Source of the DNA: Candidatus Woesebacteria bacterium GW2011_GWF1_31_35
GTDB lineage: Bacteria; Patescibacteriota; Microgenomatia; UBA8517
DNA: 64,000 nt
Assembly: GCA_001029755.1 (NCBI GenBank)
Contig: CP011214.1
Location: forward strand, 273,564-337,563
Reading direction: 5' to 3'
The position numbers and the translations under genes were made by a program. The notes beneath the pieces are model-generated. The model searched no databases. It was not told the DNA's origin and saw only the letters and a program-made list of their open reading frames with translations. Positions 27,249 through 37,246 of the stretch are shown here, one piece after another. Each line of letters starts with the position of its first letter. The first letter of the stretch is position 1.

Positions 27249-28412
27249 ATGTGGCTAACAGAAGAATTAAATAATCTAAAAAAATCAGGACTTTATAATA
27301 ATATTTTAACCATAGAAAGTCCTATTGGGGGAGAGATAATAATTGAAGGAAGGAAACTACTTAATTTTTGTTCTAATAACTATTTAGGTCTTGCAAATAA
27401 TCCTCGTCTTAAAAAAGCAGCAATCGCTGCAATTAATAAGTTTGGTGTTGGTCCTGCTGCAGTTAGAACAATTGCAGGAACTACTACTTTACATAAAAAA
27501 CTTGAAAAAGACTTGGCAAAGTTTAAAAAGTGTGAAGCTGTTCTTACCTTTCAAAGTGGTTTCATGGCAAATTTAGCTACAATTCCTGCTTTAGTTGGTG
27601 AAGGAGACTTGATTTTTTCGGATGAACTTAATCATGCCAGTATTATTGATGGTTGTAGAATCTCAAAAGCTACAGTTATTCGTTTTAAACACGCAGATAC
27701 TGTTGATTTAGAATCTTTACTTAAAAAAGCTTCTAAAAAAGTTAAGAAACTAGTAATTACTGATGGAGTATTTTCAATGGATGGAGATATTGCACCCTTA
27801 GATAAAATTTATAAAGTAACTTCAAAATATGGAGCACTTTTAATGGTTGATGATGCACATGGTGAGGGAGTATTAGGTAGAAATGGTAGAGGAATTGTTG
27901 ATCATTTTAATCTTCATGGAAAAGTTGATATTGAAGTTGGAACAATGAGTAAAGCCCTTGGAGTTGTTGGAGGTTTAGTTGCTGGTAAAGGTGAAATTAT
28001 AGAATGGTTAACCCAGCGCGCTAGACCATTTCTTTTTTCTTCAGCTATGACAATTCCTGATGTCGGAGCCTGTATTGAAGCTGTAAAAATTTTAGGAAGC
28101 TCCGGCGTCTTAGTTAAAAAACTTTGGAGTAATGCGGATTATTTAAGTAAAGGTTTAAGTAGATTTGGGTTTGATACAGGTAAAAGTCAAACTCCCATAA
28201 TTCCTTTAATGTTGGGGGAAGTTACTTTGGCAAAAGAATTTAGTAATTTACTTTTTGAAAACGGAGTATTTGCAAAAGCAATTGGCTATCCGACAGTTCC
28301 AGAAGGGAAAGCAAGAATTAGAATAATGAATACTGCGGTTCACACCAAAAAAGACCTTGATAAAGCTCTTTTGGTTTTTGAAAAAGTAGGTAAAACTTTA
28401 AAAGTAATTTAA
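27249..28412 (+). CDS. Pyridoxal-phosphate-dependent glycine C-acetyltransferase / 8-amino-7-oxononanoate synthase family enzyme (Kbl/BioF-like)
   Basis: 387 aa. [21 protein letters not shown]...[15 protein letters not shown] and the PLP-lysine region GTMSKALG. Confidence 0.7.
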   Translation: MWLTEELNNLKKSGLYNNILTIESPIGGEIIIEGRKLLNFCSNNYLGLANNPRLKKAAIAAINKFGVGPAAVRTIAGTTTLHKKLEKDLAKFKKCEAVLTFQSGFMANLATIPALVGEGDLIFSDELNHASIIDGCRISKATVIRFKHADTVDLESLLKKASKKVKKLVITDGVFSMDGDIAPLDKIYKVTSKYGALLMVDDAHGEGVLGRNGRGIVDHFNLHGKVDIEVGTMSKALGVVGGLVAGKGEIIEWLTQRARPFLFSSAMTIPDVGACIEAVKILGSSGVLVKKLWSNADYLSKGLSRFGFDTGKSQTPIIPLMLGEVTLAKEFSNLLFENGVFAKAIGYPTVPEGKARIRIMNTAVHTKKDLDKALLVFEKVGKTLKVI

Positions 28413-29365
28413 CATCTTACATTAGCTCCACAATTCTGACAATTAGATATTAGTTGTCCAGATGGTCTTCTGTTAGTTGCACCACAACTTGGACAGGGAA
28501 ATTCTAAGGATCCATATTCATCTGAATATCCAAATGCAAGTGTTTGTGTTTCAGTATTTAGGCCATTTGTATTTAAAAGAGTGATATTTGATTTTCCACA
28601 TCCTGATTTTTCAAGATTCATTCCAAATCCTGCTTTTTCCATTTCTGTCTCAATATAGGCTCCATATTCAAATGGATTACTATAAATTACTGATAGGTTT
28701 TTCATAATTGGTTTATTTACAATAGTAGCTTTTTTTAAAGCTTTGGCTTTATTTTTGACAGCTGTTCCATCTAAAATACTTTGAAAAATTTCTTTTTCTG
28801 GTAATTTGATTATTTCAGACAGATAACTAAAAGGATCTTTCTCTGGTGGTATTTCTAATTTAATTACAATTGATTTTAAATCATCTAAATTTTGTGGAAA
28901 TAGATAATTATTTGAAGAAACAGATACAAGCAGTTGACCAAGTTTTAAACAATCATCTTTTGACAAAGTTGTACTTATTCCATAAGATTCAAAATATTCA
29001 AATTTTTTGCTTTTAGTAATTCTTTTTGCACCTATGTCAATTCTTGTTTCAGGCCAAGGATTTGGTGGACTAATCCAAACATAAGCAAAATTTTCGGTAT
29101 CTTCAAGAAGGAGTTTTCTTATTTCTTCACCAGCAGGAGTTAGAGGATCGTTTCTTACAAACATTTCTGAAACATCTCTTCTATCTATTCCTGGAGCAAT
29201 AACTTTATTTCTCTCTCTTTTTATATAATGATGTGGATTCACTCGTGGATTTCCAGTGTTTGAAGCTTCAATAACAAGAGAAGCTGTGTCATTATTTAAG
29301 GAAGCCAATTTCTGGGGAGTATCGTATCTTCTTAGATCTAGTGCAATAAATTGTTCTTTTGACAT
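28409..29365 (-). CDS. Hypothetical soluble protein with C-terminal double-CxxC zinc ribbon, preceded by a cobalamin-riboswitch-like leader
   Basis: 318 aa. C-terminus [28 protein letters not shown]. No other motif I recognise. Confidence 0.35.
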   Translation of the reverse strand: MSKEQFIALDLRRYDTPQKLASLNNDTASLVIEASNTGNPRVNPHHYIKRERNKVIAPGIDRRDVSEMFVRNDPLTPAGEEIRKLLLEDTENFAYVWISPPNPWPETRIDIGAKRITKSKKFEYFESYGISTTLSKDDCLKLGQLLVSVSSNNYLFPQNLDDLKSIVIKLEIPPEKDPFSYLSEIIKLPEKEIFQSILDGTAVKNKAKALKKATIVNKPIMKNLSVIYSNPFEYGAYIETEMEKAGFGMNLEKSGCGKSNITLLNTNGLNTETQTLAFGYSDEYGSLEFPCPSCGATNRRPSGQLISNCQNCGANVRC

Positions 29366-29445
29366 ATTTTCCTGCTCGGGTTTTAGTGGGTTCTGGGTTT
29401 ACAGTAGCGGCACTCCCACGGAATTTCACCGTGATTCACCAAATT
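29366..29445 (-). ncRNA. Candidate cobalamin (B12) riboswitch in the 5' leader of the 28409..29365 gene
   Basis: The minus-strand RNA reads GGUGAAAUUCCGUGGGAGUGCCGCUACUGUAAACCCAG...GAGCAGGAAAAUAUG. This matches the cobalamin-riboswitch core GGUGnAAnUCC...CCGCCACUGUAA (B12 box, one mismatch) and the 3' GCCAGGA-like element adjacent to the start codon. The segment is locally GC-rich. Confidence 0.45.
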
Positions 29446-29507
29446 TATTAACACATTACAGTTTATGTTACACTTTTTGTAAAGGGGTAATTTGAAATAA
29501 AAGGGGG

Positions 29508-29693
29508 GTGAATAAAGATATGAAGAAAAAAGATTCAGCTAAACTTTCAAAATTTTTAATGATAGGTGCTTTATTAGGGGTAATGTTTTCCTTTATAGGC
29601 TATTTTGGATTAGATATTTGGCTTGCATCAACTCAGTGGTTATTAGTTTCTGCGGTAATGGCTCTTTTTGGAGTTTATTTGAAGCTGACTTGA
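29508..29693 (+). CDS. Small two-TM membrane protein
   Basis: 61 aa, hydrophobic; weak call. Confidence 0.2.
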   Translation: MNKDMKKKDSAKLSKFLMIGALLGVMFSFIGYFGLDIWLASTQWLLVSAVMALFGVYLKLT

Positions 29694-29777
29694 GGCTAGC
29701 GGTAATCATGCGGAGAATATACGGTAATTACTCTTAAACTTGACATCTATTAGTGGTTAGGAGTATTTTTAGAGCAC

Positions 29778-30263
29778 ATGAAATCTAGCAGGAAAGACAT
29801 TGTTATTGGTTTTATATTAATTATTGCTTTAGTTGGTGGAATTTTCTTTTACAAAAATTTAAAAACTCCAAAAGTACTTCCAACTTCCACTCCATTAACA
29901 ATTAAATCAAAGATTGAAGGACTATTTAATTATGTTATCCCTGATGATTTGGATTCAATAGAACTTAAAGATGTTACTGGGGGAATATATAGAGGAATTG
30001 CTGCAAGAAAATTTGAAAAAAGAATCTTTACAATTACAGTATTAGCTGATCTACCAGATTTATCTTCAAATGAATTTTATGAAGGATGGGTATTTTCAGG
30101 TGATAAGTTTATTTCAATTGGAAAATTAAGAATTGCTAAGGGTGGATTTTTAGTTGATTTTACTTCAAATACTGATTATTCTTCTTACAATAAAGTTACT
30201 GTTACTAAAGAAAAGGTTAATGATAATAAACCTGAGAGCCTAATTCTTGAAGGATCTTTTTAA
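29778..30263 (+). CDS. Hypothetical N-terminally membrane-anchored protein
   Basis: 161 aa, one TM; no motif I recognise. Confidence 0.3.
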   Translation: MKSSRKDIVIGFILIIALVGGIFFYKNLKTPKVLPTSTPLTIKSKIEGLFNYVIPDDLDSIELKDVTGGIYRGIAARKFEKRIFTITVLADLPDLSSNEFYEGWVFSGDKFISIGKLRIAKGGFLVDFTSNTDYSSYNKVTVTKEKVNDNKPESLILEGSF

Positions 30264-30388
30264 ACTTTCTTTCTTGAGGTAAGATTATATTAATGAAAAA
30301 GTTCACTTTCATTCTAATACTTGGGATACTCTTCATTTCTTTTGCTATTTTTTTTCTTAATATTTATATTAAGGGGGTGGGTAGGTAA

Positions 30389-30631
30389 ATGCGGGTTACT
30401 ATATATTCAACTACAACATGTCCTTATTGTAAAATGTTAAAGGATTATTTAATTAGTAAAAATGTATCTTTTACTGAAAAGTTAGTAGATCAAGATGATT
30501 TAGTTAGAAATGAAATGGCAACTGAATCTGGTGGATTTTTAGGTGTTCCTTTTACTGTCGTTACTAAAGATGATAATACAAAAGAAACCATAATAGGGTT
30601 TGATAAAGGTAAAATAGATTCGATTATTTAA
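30389..30631 (+). CDS. Glutaredoxin-like protein (NrdH/Grx family)
   Basis: 80 aa. IYSTTTCPYCKMLKDYL CxxC thioredoxin-fold motif. Confidence 0.7.
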   Translation: MRVTIYSTTTCPYCKMLKDYLISKNVSFTEKLVDQDDLVRNEMATESGGFLGVPFTVVTKDDNTKETIIGFDKGKIDSII

Positions 30632-31291
30632 ATGATATTTGTAAATTTTAAAACCTATGAAAGTGGAACTGGTGGGAAAGCTTTATTGCTTTCAAAAATT
30701 ATTGAAGAAGTTTCAAAAGAATCTGGAGTTAAAATTATTCCAGTGGTTCAATCTTCTGATATAAAAGAGATTGCTTCAACTGTTTCTATTGAAGTTTGGA
30801 CACAAAAAATTGATCCAGTTGAGTTTGGTGCCCACACAGGGTCAATTATTCCAGAAGCAGTCTTTGAAGATGGTGCGATTGGAACATTTTTAAATCATTC
30901 AGAGAATAGATTTAATGATTTTGAATCCTTAGCCAAAGCTCATGATAGAGCAAAAGAAGTTGGACTTAAAACTTTAATTTTTGCTAAAGATTTAGAAGAA
31001 TTAACAAAAGTAAGTTCTTTAAAACCTGATTACATTTCCTACGAACCACCAGAATTAATTGGAAGTACTGATATCTCAGTTGCAACAGCCAAACCCGAAA
31101 TTATTCAAAAAGCTTCTGAAATATCAAAACAGGTTGGGATTCCTTTAATTGTTGGTGCTGGAGTACACTCTTTTCAGGATGTTAAAAAATGTTTAGAATT
31201 AGGAGCTGTTGGTATTGCTGTTGCATCAGACATTATGAATGCAGAAGACCCCAGAAAAGAACTCTTGGATTTAGTAGAAGGATATAGATAA
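30632..31291 (+). CDS. tpiA: Triosephosphate isomerase, short archaeal-type
   Basis: 219 aa. FLNHSENRF (catalytic His/Glu region), a size typical of archaeal TIMs, within the glycolytic cluster. Confidence 0.55.
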   Translation: MIFVNFKTYESGTGGKALLLSKIIEEVSKESGVKIIPVVQSSDIKEIASTVSIEVWTQKIDPVEFGAHTGSIIPEAVFEDGAIGTFLNHSENRFNDFESLAKAHDRAKEVGLKTLIFAKDLEELTKVSSLKPDYISYEPPELIGSTDISVATAKPEIIQKASEISKQVGIPLIVGAGVHSFQDVKKCLELGAVGIAVASDIMNAEDPRKELLDLVEGYR

Positions 31292-31296
31292 ATAAT

Positions 31297-31746
31297 ATGA
31301 AAATTTTTACAGGATCAGATCATAGAGGATATCTTTTAAAAGAAAAGGTAAATTCTTGGGTTTTTGATTTAGGTTATACTTTTGAAGATGTTGGGCCTTT
31401 AATAATTGATCCATTTGATGATTTTACAAAATATGTAAGTGAAGTAGCATCGTTGGTTGCAAATACAAAAGGTTCAAGAGGGGTGGTTCTTTGTGGGAGT
31501 GGGGTAGGAGCTGATATTTTAGCCAATAAGTTTGACGGAATTAGGGCTTCAATTGGAAAAGATAAAAACCAAATAAAAAAGGGTAGAAGTGATGATGATA
31601 TGAATGTATTAGTTTTAGCTGCAGATTTTACTAAAGATGAAGAAGCAAAAGAGATGTTAAAGGCATTTTTAGATACAAAATTTAAAGGTAAAAGTAGATT
31701 TAAGAGAAGGCTCAAAGAAATAGAAAAAATAGAAGCAAATAATTAA
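31297..31746 (+). CDS. rpiB: Ribose-5-phosphate isomerase B (RpiB/LacAB family)
   Basis: 149 aa. GSDHRGY, VLCGSGVGADILANKFDGIRAS. Confidence 0.75.
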   Translation: MKIFTGSDHRGYLLKEKVNSWVFDLGYTFEDVGPLIIDPFDDFTKYVSEVASLVANTKGSRGVVLCGSGVGADILANKFDGIRASIGKDKNQIKKGRSDDDMNVLVLAADFTKDEEAKEMLKAFLDTKFKGKSRFKRRLKEIEKIEANN

Positions 31747-31750
31747 ATTT

Positions 31751-31999
31751 TTACTTCAAACCTTTAATATCTGGACAATCATTTTGATCACAGTTAGGTT
31801 GTCTACATTCCATTGGACCAATATCTCTTGCAGTGAGAAAACTACAAAGCCCATTTTCAAATTTTTGTATTAAATCACCAGCGATATTAACACCAATAAT
31901 TTGAACATTTTCATTATTAAATTGTTTTTGAGTATTTAAAATTCCTTTTTCAATATCTCTTCTAGAGCTAACCTTGGATCTGTGTATACATTCTTTCAT
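31751..31999 (-). CDS. Hypothetical Cys-containing small protein
   Basis: 82 aa; no motif I recognise. Confidence 0.25.
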   Translation of the reverse strand: MKECIHRSKVSSRRDIEKGILNTQKQFNNENVQIIGVNIAGDLIQKFENGLCSFLTARDIGPMECRQPNCDQNDCPDIKGLK

Positions 32000-32058
32000 T
32001 TTGCGCGATTTTATCCTGTGTGTGTGAATGTCAATATCAGAGGTGATATTATTAAATA

Positions 32059-33018
32059 ATGCTTAATTTGCCCAAACTTACTGATTTAGATATTTCAAAT
32101 AAAAAAGTAATACTTCGACTTGATTTGGATTTAAAAGAATTTGACCCTAATGATTTAAGAATTAAGGCTTCGATTAAAACACTTGATTTTTTAAAAGAAA
32201 AGAACTGTCAAATTACAATAATCGCTCATAGAGGTAGGCCCGATGGAAAATTTGATCAAAGTTTAAGTTTTAAGGAATTCAGAAGCTATTTTAATAAATG
32301 GAATGCTAAGGTAGAAGAAAACTTAAGATTTGAGAGAGGTGAAGAAGAAAATAATATAGAATTTGCAAAAAAATTAGCTACATTAGGTGAAGTTTTTGTA
32401 AATGAAGCTTTTGCAAGTTCTCACAGAAATCATGCATCAATTGTTAGTCTTCCAAAACTTTTGCCTCATGCTTTTGGATTTAGGTTTATAGAGGAAGTGG
32501 AAAATTTAACTAAAGTTTTTGATAATCCCAAAAGGCCTGTAGTTACACTTTTAAGTGGTCTTAAAGAGGATAAATTAAAATATTTAGATGGATTAGAAGC
32601 TATTTCTGACAAAGTTTTAGTAGGAGGAAGACTACCTGATCTTTTAGGAGATAATACTTTAAGTGTTAGAAACCAAGAGGGTAAAGTTATAATTGGAAAC
32701 TTAGTAATGGATAAGGAAGATATAACAGTTAATACTATTGAAAGATTTGAAAAAGAAATTATAGGTGCTGGAACAATACTTCTTTCAGGACCTTTAGGTA
32801 AATTTGAAGAAGAGGGACATAGACAGGGGACTGAGAGGATCTTTAAAGCAATTTCCGCCTTACCTTCTTTTAAAGTTGCTGGTGGTGGAGAAACTGAAAA
32901 AGCAATTAACTTACTTAAAATCAGTGACAAGTTTAATTGGATTTCAGTTGGGGGTGGAGCTTTCTTAGAATTTTTAGTAAATAAAACATTACCTGGAATT
33001 AAAGCCTTTGATAATTAA
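32059..33018 (+). CDS. pgk: Phosphoglycerate kinase (unusually short)
   Basis: 319 aa. N-terminal KKVILRLDLDL...IIAHRGRP (PGK substrate-binding motif) and C-terminal GGGAFLEFLVNKTLPGIKAF. About 70 aa shorter than typical PGK. Confidence 0.65.
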   Translation: MLNLPKLTDLDISNKKVILRLDLDLKEFDPNDLRIKASIKTLDFLKEKNCQITIIAHRGRPDGKFDQSLSFKEFRSYFNKWNAKVEENLRFERGEEENNIEFAKKLATLGEVFVNEAFASSHRNHASIVSLPKLLPHAFGFRFIEEVENLTKVFDNPKRPVVTLLSGLKEDKLKYLDGLEAISDKVLVGGRLPDLLGDNTLSVRNQEGKVIIGNLVMDKEDITVNTIERFEKEIIGAGTILLSGPLGKFEEEGHRQGTERIFKAISALPSFKVAGGGETEKAINLLKISDKFNWISVGGGAFLEFLVNKTLPGIKAFDN

Positions 33019-33060
33019 CGTGCTATTATTAATTGATGGGGAAAGAAGGTGATAAATTAA

Positions 33061-33258
33061 ATGAAATTAAAAACAATTTCTAAATGGTTGGTTTTAATAG
33101 GTGCAGTAGAAATAGGATTAATGGGTATTATGAGTTTTGATCTAATAGGAAGTTTATTAGGTAGCTGGCCATTAGTAGTAAGAATAGTTTATGTCTTAAT
33201 TGGTTTCGCTGGTTTTTGGGGAATCTATGCGACCCTTACAAATAAGAAGAAAAGATAA
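33061..33258 (+). CDS. DUF378-like small two-TM membrane protein
   Basis: 65 aa. Two TM helices and a basic C-terminus. Confidence 0.35.
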   Translation: MKLKTISKWLVLIGAVEIGLMGIMSFDLIGSLLGSWPLVVRIVYVLIGFAGFWGIYATLTNKKKR

Positions 33259-33375
33259 ACCAATAGATATTCTCATATATAGTTAATTATACGCGATGGA
33301 TTTTTTTTGATTTAAAAGATATTATGTTATATATACTGCCCGTGGTAAGAAAATCTTACCATAGGGCTTAAGCCT

Positions 33376-34443
33376 ATGGTAAAAGTTGGAATAAATGGTT
33401 TTGGTAGAATTGGAAGATTAGCTTTCAGAATTGGTGTTACTAAACACTCGGACGAATTGACTTTTTCAGCAATAAATACTTCAGGAAGTATGCCTCCATC
33501 AGGTTGGGCACAACTAGTTAATTTCGATACTATGTATAGAAAATTTGAATATGAAGTTAAAAGTGATGAAACTTCTATTTCAATTCCAGAAAGGGGAATA
33601 AGTGTTCCAATTTTGGCAGAAAAAGATCCCGGTTTAATTCCTTGGGGAAAATATGGTGTTGAAGTTGTAATTGAAGCAACCGGAAAATTTACTTCTGAAG
33701 AAGATGCTAAAAAGCATGCATTAGGAGGGGCTAAAAGAGTAGTTATTTCAGCTCCTGCAAAGGGAGATAATGTAGGAACCTATGTGATAGGAGTTAATGA
33801 AACAAGTAAAGATGCTGTGATTCTATCAAATGCTAGTTGTACTACAAATTGTGTTGCCCCTGTTGCTGCCGTAATGCATGCAAAATTTGGAATTGAAAAA
33901 GCAATGATGACTACGGTTCATAGTTATACAGATGACCAAAATTTACAAGATGGATCGCACAAAGATTTAAGACGAGCTAGGGCAGCTGCTTGTAATATAG
34001 TTCCAACAACAACTGGAGCAGCAATTGCAACAACTGAAACCATACCAGATCTTAAAGGAATCTTTGACGGAATGGCTTTAAGGGTTCCAGTTGCAACCGG
34101 ATCCATAACTGATTTTACATTTCTTTTAAAGAAAGATGTGACAGTAGAAGAGGTAAATAATGCATTTAAAGAAGCATCAACAAACCCCATATATAAGGAT
34201 ATTTTGGCTGTTTCTGAGGGATTTTTAGTATCATCAGATATTATAGGAAGAAGTGAATCGGCAATTGTTGATTTGCCATTAACGCAAGTAGTTGCAGGAA
34301 ATATGGTCAAGGTTTTTGCATGGTATGACAATGAATGGGGGTATGCAAACCGTTTAGTAGAACAGGTAATTAGAGTAGGAAGAACACTAGAAGGTGGAAT
34401 AGCTCCAACTGACCCATTAACTCTAAGTCATACAAATGGATAA
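33376..34443 (+). CDS. gap: Glyceraldehyde-3-phosphate dehydrogenase
   Basis: MVKVGINGFGRIGR and ASCTTNC (catalytic Cys), full length. Confidence 0.9.
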   Translation: MVKVGINGFGRIGRLAFRIGVTKHSDELTFSAINTSGSMPPSGWAQLVNFDTMYRKFEYEVKSDETSISIPERGISVPILAEKDPGLIPWGKYGVEVVIEATGKFTSEEDAKKHALGGAKRVVISAPAKGDNVGTYVIGVNETSKDAVILSNASCTTNCVAPVAAVMHAKFGIEKAMMTTVHSYTDDQNLQDGSHKDLRRARAAACNIVPTTTGAAIATTETIPDLKGIFDGMALRVPVATGSITDFTFLLKKDVTVEEVNNAFKEASTNPIYKDILAVSEGFLVSSDIIGRSESAIVDLPLTQVVAGNMVKVFAWYDNEWGYANRLVEQVIRVGRTLEGGIAPTDPLTLSHTNG

Positions 34444-35056
34444 ATCTAAAAATAAAAAAAAGATAAAACAAATTAGTTATTTTGGTTTTGCAGATGCAGC
34501 TCCTAATGATCCACTTTATAAAGAAGCTTTTGAAGTTGCCAAATATATGGCCGAAAAAGGTTTTGTTGCAATAAATGGAGGAGGACCTGGAACAATGAGA
34601 GCAGTTTCAGAAGGAGCCAAAGCTGGTAAAGGAACCGCAGTTGGGGTTACTTTTTATCCTAAAGATATTACAAATTTTGAAGGAAGAGATCCTGAAAATC
34701 CAATGGATATGGAAATAAAATGTCCTAATTATCTTGAAAGAACTTTAAAACTTTTAGAATTAGGTGATGCATATGTCTTTTTTAGAGGAGGGACAGGAAC
34801 AATTTCTGAATTTGGTATGGCATGGGGCTTAGCTAGACTTTATTTTGGCCATCACAAGCCTCTAATTTTATTTGGAGATTATTGGAACAATATTATTAAA
34901 AGTTTTATAGATAATATGAGAATAAGATCGGAAGACTTGAAAGTATATAAAGTTGTTAATAGTCCAGAAGAAATTATTGACGCTATTGAATACTTTGATA
35001 GGGTGTTAACTGAAAACAAAGTTATTCATAATGATGAGAAGGCTTTTCAGATATAA
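34436..35056 (+). CDS. LOG-family (TIGR00730) Rossmann-fold protein
   Basis: 206 aa. NGGGPGTMRAVSEGA and FRGGTGTISE motifs. Confidence 0.6.
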   Translation: MDKSKNKKKIKQISYFGFADAAPNDPLYKEAFEVAKYMAEKGFVAINGGGPGTMRAVSEGAKAGKGTAVGVTFYPKDITNFEGRDPENPMDMEIKCPNYLERTLKLLELGDAYVFFRGGTGTISEFGMAWGLARLYFGHHKPLILFGDYWNNIIKSFIDNMRIRSEDLKVYKVVNSPEEIIDAIEYFDRVLTENKVIHNDEKAFQI

Positions 35057-35085
35057 ATTTTAGTTTATTTTTATATTTAATATTC

Positions 35086-35934
35086 ATGAAATACACAATT
35101 GAAGATCTGGAGAAAATTGCTATAGAGGTAAGAGAGGATATTGTCAAAATGATTTTAAAAGCAGGTGCAGGACATCCTGCAGGATCTTTAGGTATGGTTG
35201 AAGTCTTTGTGGCACTTTACTATGCCATTTTAAATCATGATCCTAAAAATCCCAATTGGGAAGATAGGGATAGATTAATTCTTTCAAATGGCCATATTTG
35301 TCCCGCTCGTTATGCAGTAATGAGTCATGTAGGTTATTTTGAACATAAAGAACTTTTAAAATTTGGTGGATTTGGCAGAATTTTGCAAGGTCATCCGGAC
35401 AAAAGATTTTTACCTTCTCTTGAAACAACTTCGGGGCCATTAGGCTGTGGACTTGCTCAAGGATGTGGTATTGCCATAGGGGCTAAGATGGATAAAAAAA
35501 GGTTTAGAACTTTTGTAATAACTTCAGATGGGGAACATGATGAAGGAAATCATTGGGAGGCTGTTGCCTTTGCTGGGAAAAACAATTTAAGTAATTTAAC
35601 TTTAATTGTTGATAGAAATAATATTCAGATTGATGGATTTACTGAAAATGTGATGCCACTTGAACCTTTAGCTTCTAAATACCAAGCTTTTGGTTGGTCT
35701 ACTATAGAAATTGATGGTCATAATTTTTCTGAAATTGTTAATGCAGCAAATAAAGCTCGTGCAATTTATGAAAACCCAACAGTAATTATTGCAAAAACAA
35801 TTCCAGGTAAAGGAGTTCCTTTTATGGAGGGAAATCCTAATTGGCATGCAAAGGCACCAAGTTCAGATGAAGCAAAACAGGCAATTATTGATATCAGAAC
35901 AATGCAGGGGAAAATCAAAACTTATGGGGAATAA
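35086..35934 (+). CDS. Transketolase, N-terminal subunit (split transketolase)
   Basis: 282 aa. GAGHPAGSLGMVEVFVALYY...SNGH thiamine-diphosphate-binding region. Confidence 0.85.
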   Translation: MKYTIEDLEKIAIEVREDIVKMILKAGAGHPAGSLGMVEVFVALYYAILNHDPKNPNWEDRDRLILSNGHICPARYAVMSHVGYFEHKELLKFGGFGRILQGHPDKRFLPSLETTSGPLGCGLAQGCGIAIGAKMDKKRFRTFVITSDGEHDEGNHWEAVAFAGKNNLSNLTLIVDRNNIQIDGFTENVMPLEPLASKYQAFGWSTIEIDGHNFSEIVNAANKARAIYENPTVIIAKTIPGKGVPFMEGNPNWHAKAPSSDEAKQAIIDIRTMQGKIKTYGE

Positions 35935-35946
35935 ATAAAAATTATT

Positions 35947-36942
35947 ATGGTTAACAATAAATTAAACTTATCAGATCAATTATTTAAAAAAGATATAGAA
36001 AAAAAATTCATGAGAGACGGATTTGGTGAGGGACTTTTAACGGCAGGTGAAAAGGATGAAAGAATTGTTGTTTTAACAGCTGATTTAAAAGAATCAACAA
36101 GGGTTAATCTTTTTGCAGATTCCTTTCCAGAAAGATTTATTGAAGTTGGAGTTTCCGAACAAGCGATGGTAACAATTGCATCAGGTCTTGCTAATTACGG
36201 AAAAATTCCATTTTGCAGTTCATATGCTGTCTTTAGCCCGGGAAGAAATTGGGAACAGATTAGAACAACAATTGGAATAGATAATTATCCTGTAAAAATA
36301 ATTGGAGCGCAATCAGGACTTAATATTGGTCATTATGGAGTAACACATCAAGGCCTGGAAGACATTGCTCTTGCCCGTGTTATTCCAAACATGAATGCTA
36401 TCGTTCCAAGTGATTATATTGAGGCAAAAAAAGCGACTTTAGAGATTGCAAAGAGTGATAAACCTTACTATATGAGACTACCTAGAATTGATAGTCCTGT
36501 CTATACCACAGATAAAACTCCATTTAAAATTGGAAAGGCCAATATTTTAACTGAAAGTAAAATTCCAGAAGTAGCAATTATTGCAACTGGTTTATTGGTT
36601 TATAAAGCGCTTTTAGCATATAAAGAACTAGAAAAAAATGGAATAGAAACAATTGTAGTAAATATGCATACAATAAAACCTTTAGATGAAGAAACAGTTA
36701 TAAGAAGTGCAAAATTAACAGGAGCTGTTGTTACAGTTGAAGAACATCAGATAATTGGTGGATTGGGATCCGCGATATCAGAAAGTTTATCTAAAAATTT
36801 TCCTGTACCAATGGAAATATTGGGAGTAAAAGATAGGTTTGGACAATCAGGAACTCCAAAAGAGTTATTTGAAGAATATAATTTGACTAAGGAAGACATT
36901 ATTAAAGCCGTTAAAAAAGTTATAAGCAGGAAAAATTCTTAA
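35947..36942 (+). CDS. Transketolase, C-terminal subunit (split transketolase)
   Basis: 331 aa. Pyrimidine-binding and C-terminal domains, immediately downstream of the N-terminal subunit. Confidence 0.85.
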   Translation: MVNNKLNLSDQLFKKDIEKKFMRDGFGEGLLTAGEKDERIVVLTADLKESTRVNLFADSFPERFIEVGVSEQAMVTIASGLANYGKIPFCSSYAVFSPGRNWEQIRTTIGIDNYPVKIIGAQSGLNIGHYGVTHQGLEDIALARVIPNMNAIVPSDYIEAKKATLEIAKSDKPYYMRLPRIDSPVYTTDKTPFKIGKANILTESKIPEVAIIATGLLVYKALLAYKELEKNGIETIVVNMHTIKPLDEETVIRSAKLTGAVVTVEEHQIIGGLGSAISESLSKNFPVPMEILGVKDRFGQSGTPKELFEEYNLTKEDIIKAVKKVISRKNS

Positions 36943-36944
36943 AA

Positions 36945-37223
36945 TTAATAAGCTCCACCTTTAAAATCGGGGTAATTCAATTTATACCAATTCATTGCTT
37001 CTTTACTACAATCATTCTTTACTGTCTCAATTGTAGGCATACAATCTATCCAGCCACCTTCAGGACAAGAATATGATGATACTTTAGGTTTATTGGTTGG
37101 AAGTATTTTGACTATTTTATTTTTTGGGTATACGAAAAAGAGAGCAACTAAGGTAGAAAGTAAAACTAAGATGGAGAGTAAAATGATCAAAAATTTTTTA
37201 TCACCACTAGAGTTTTTACTCAT
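36945..37223 (-). CDS. Small membrane-anchored Cys-containing hypothetical protein
   Basis: 92 aa, one TM. Confidence 0.25.
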   Translation of the reverse strand: MSKNSSGDKKFLIILLSILVLLSTLVALFFVYPKNKIVKILPTNKPKVSSYSCPEGGWIDCMPTIETVKNDCSKEAMNWYKLNYPDFKGGAY

Positions 37224-37246
37224 AATGTCATTATAATGTATATCAT

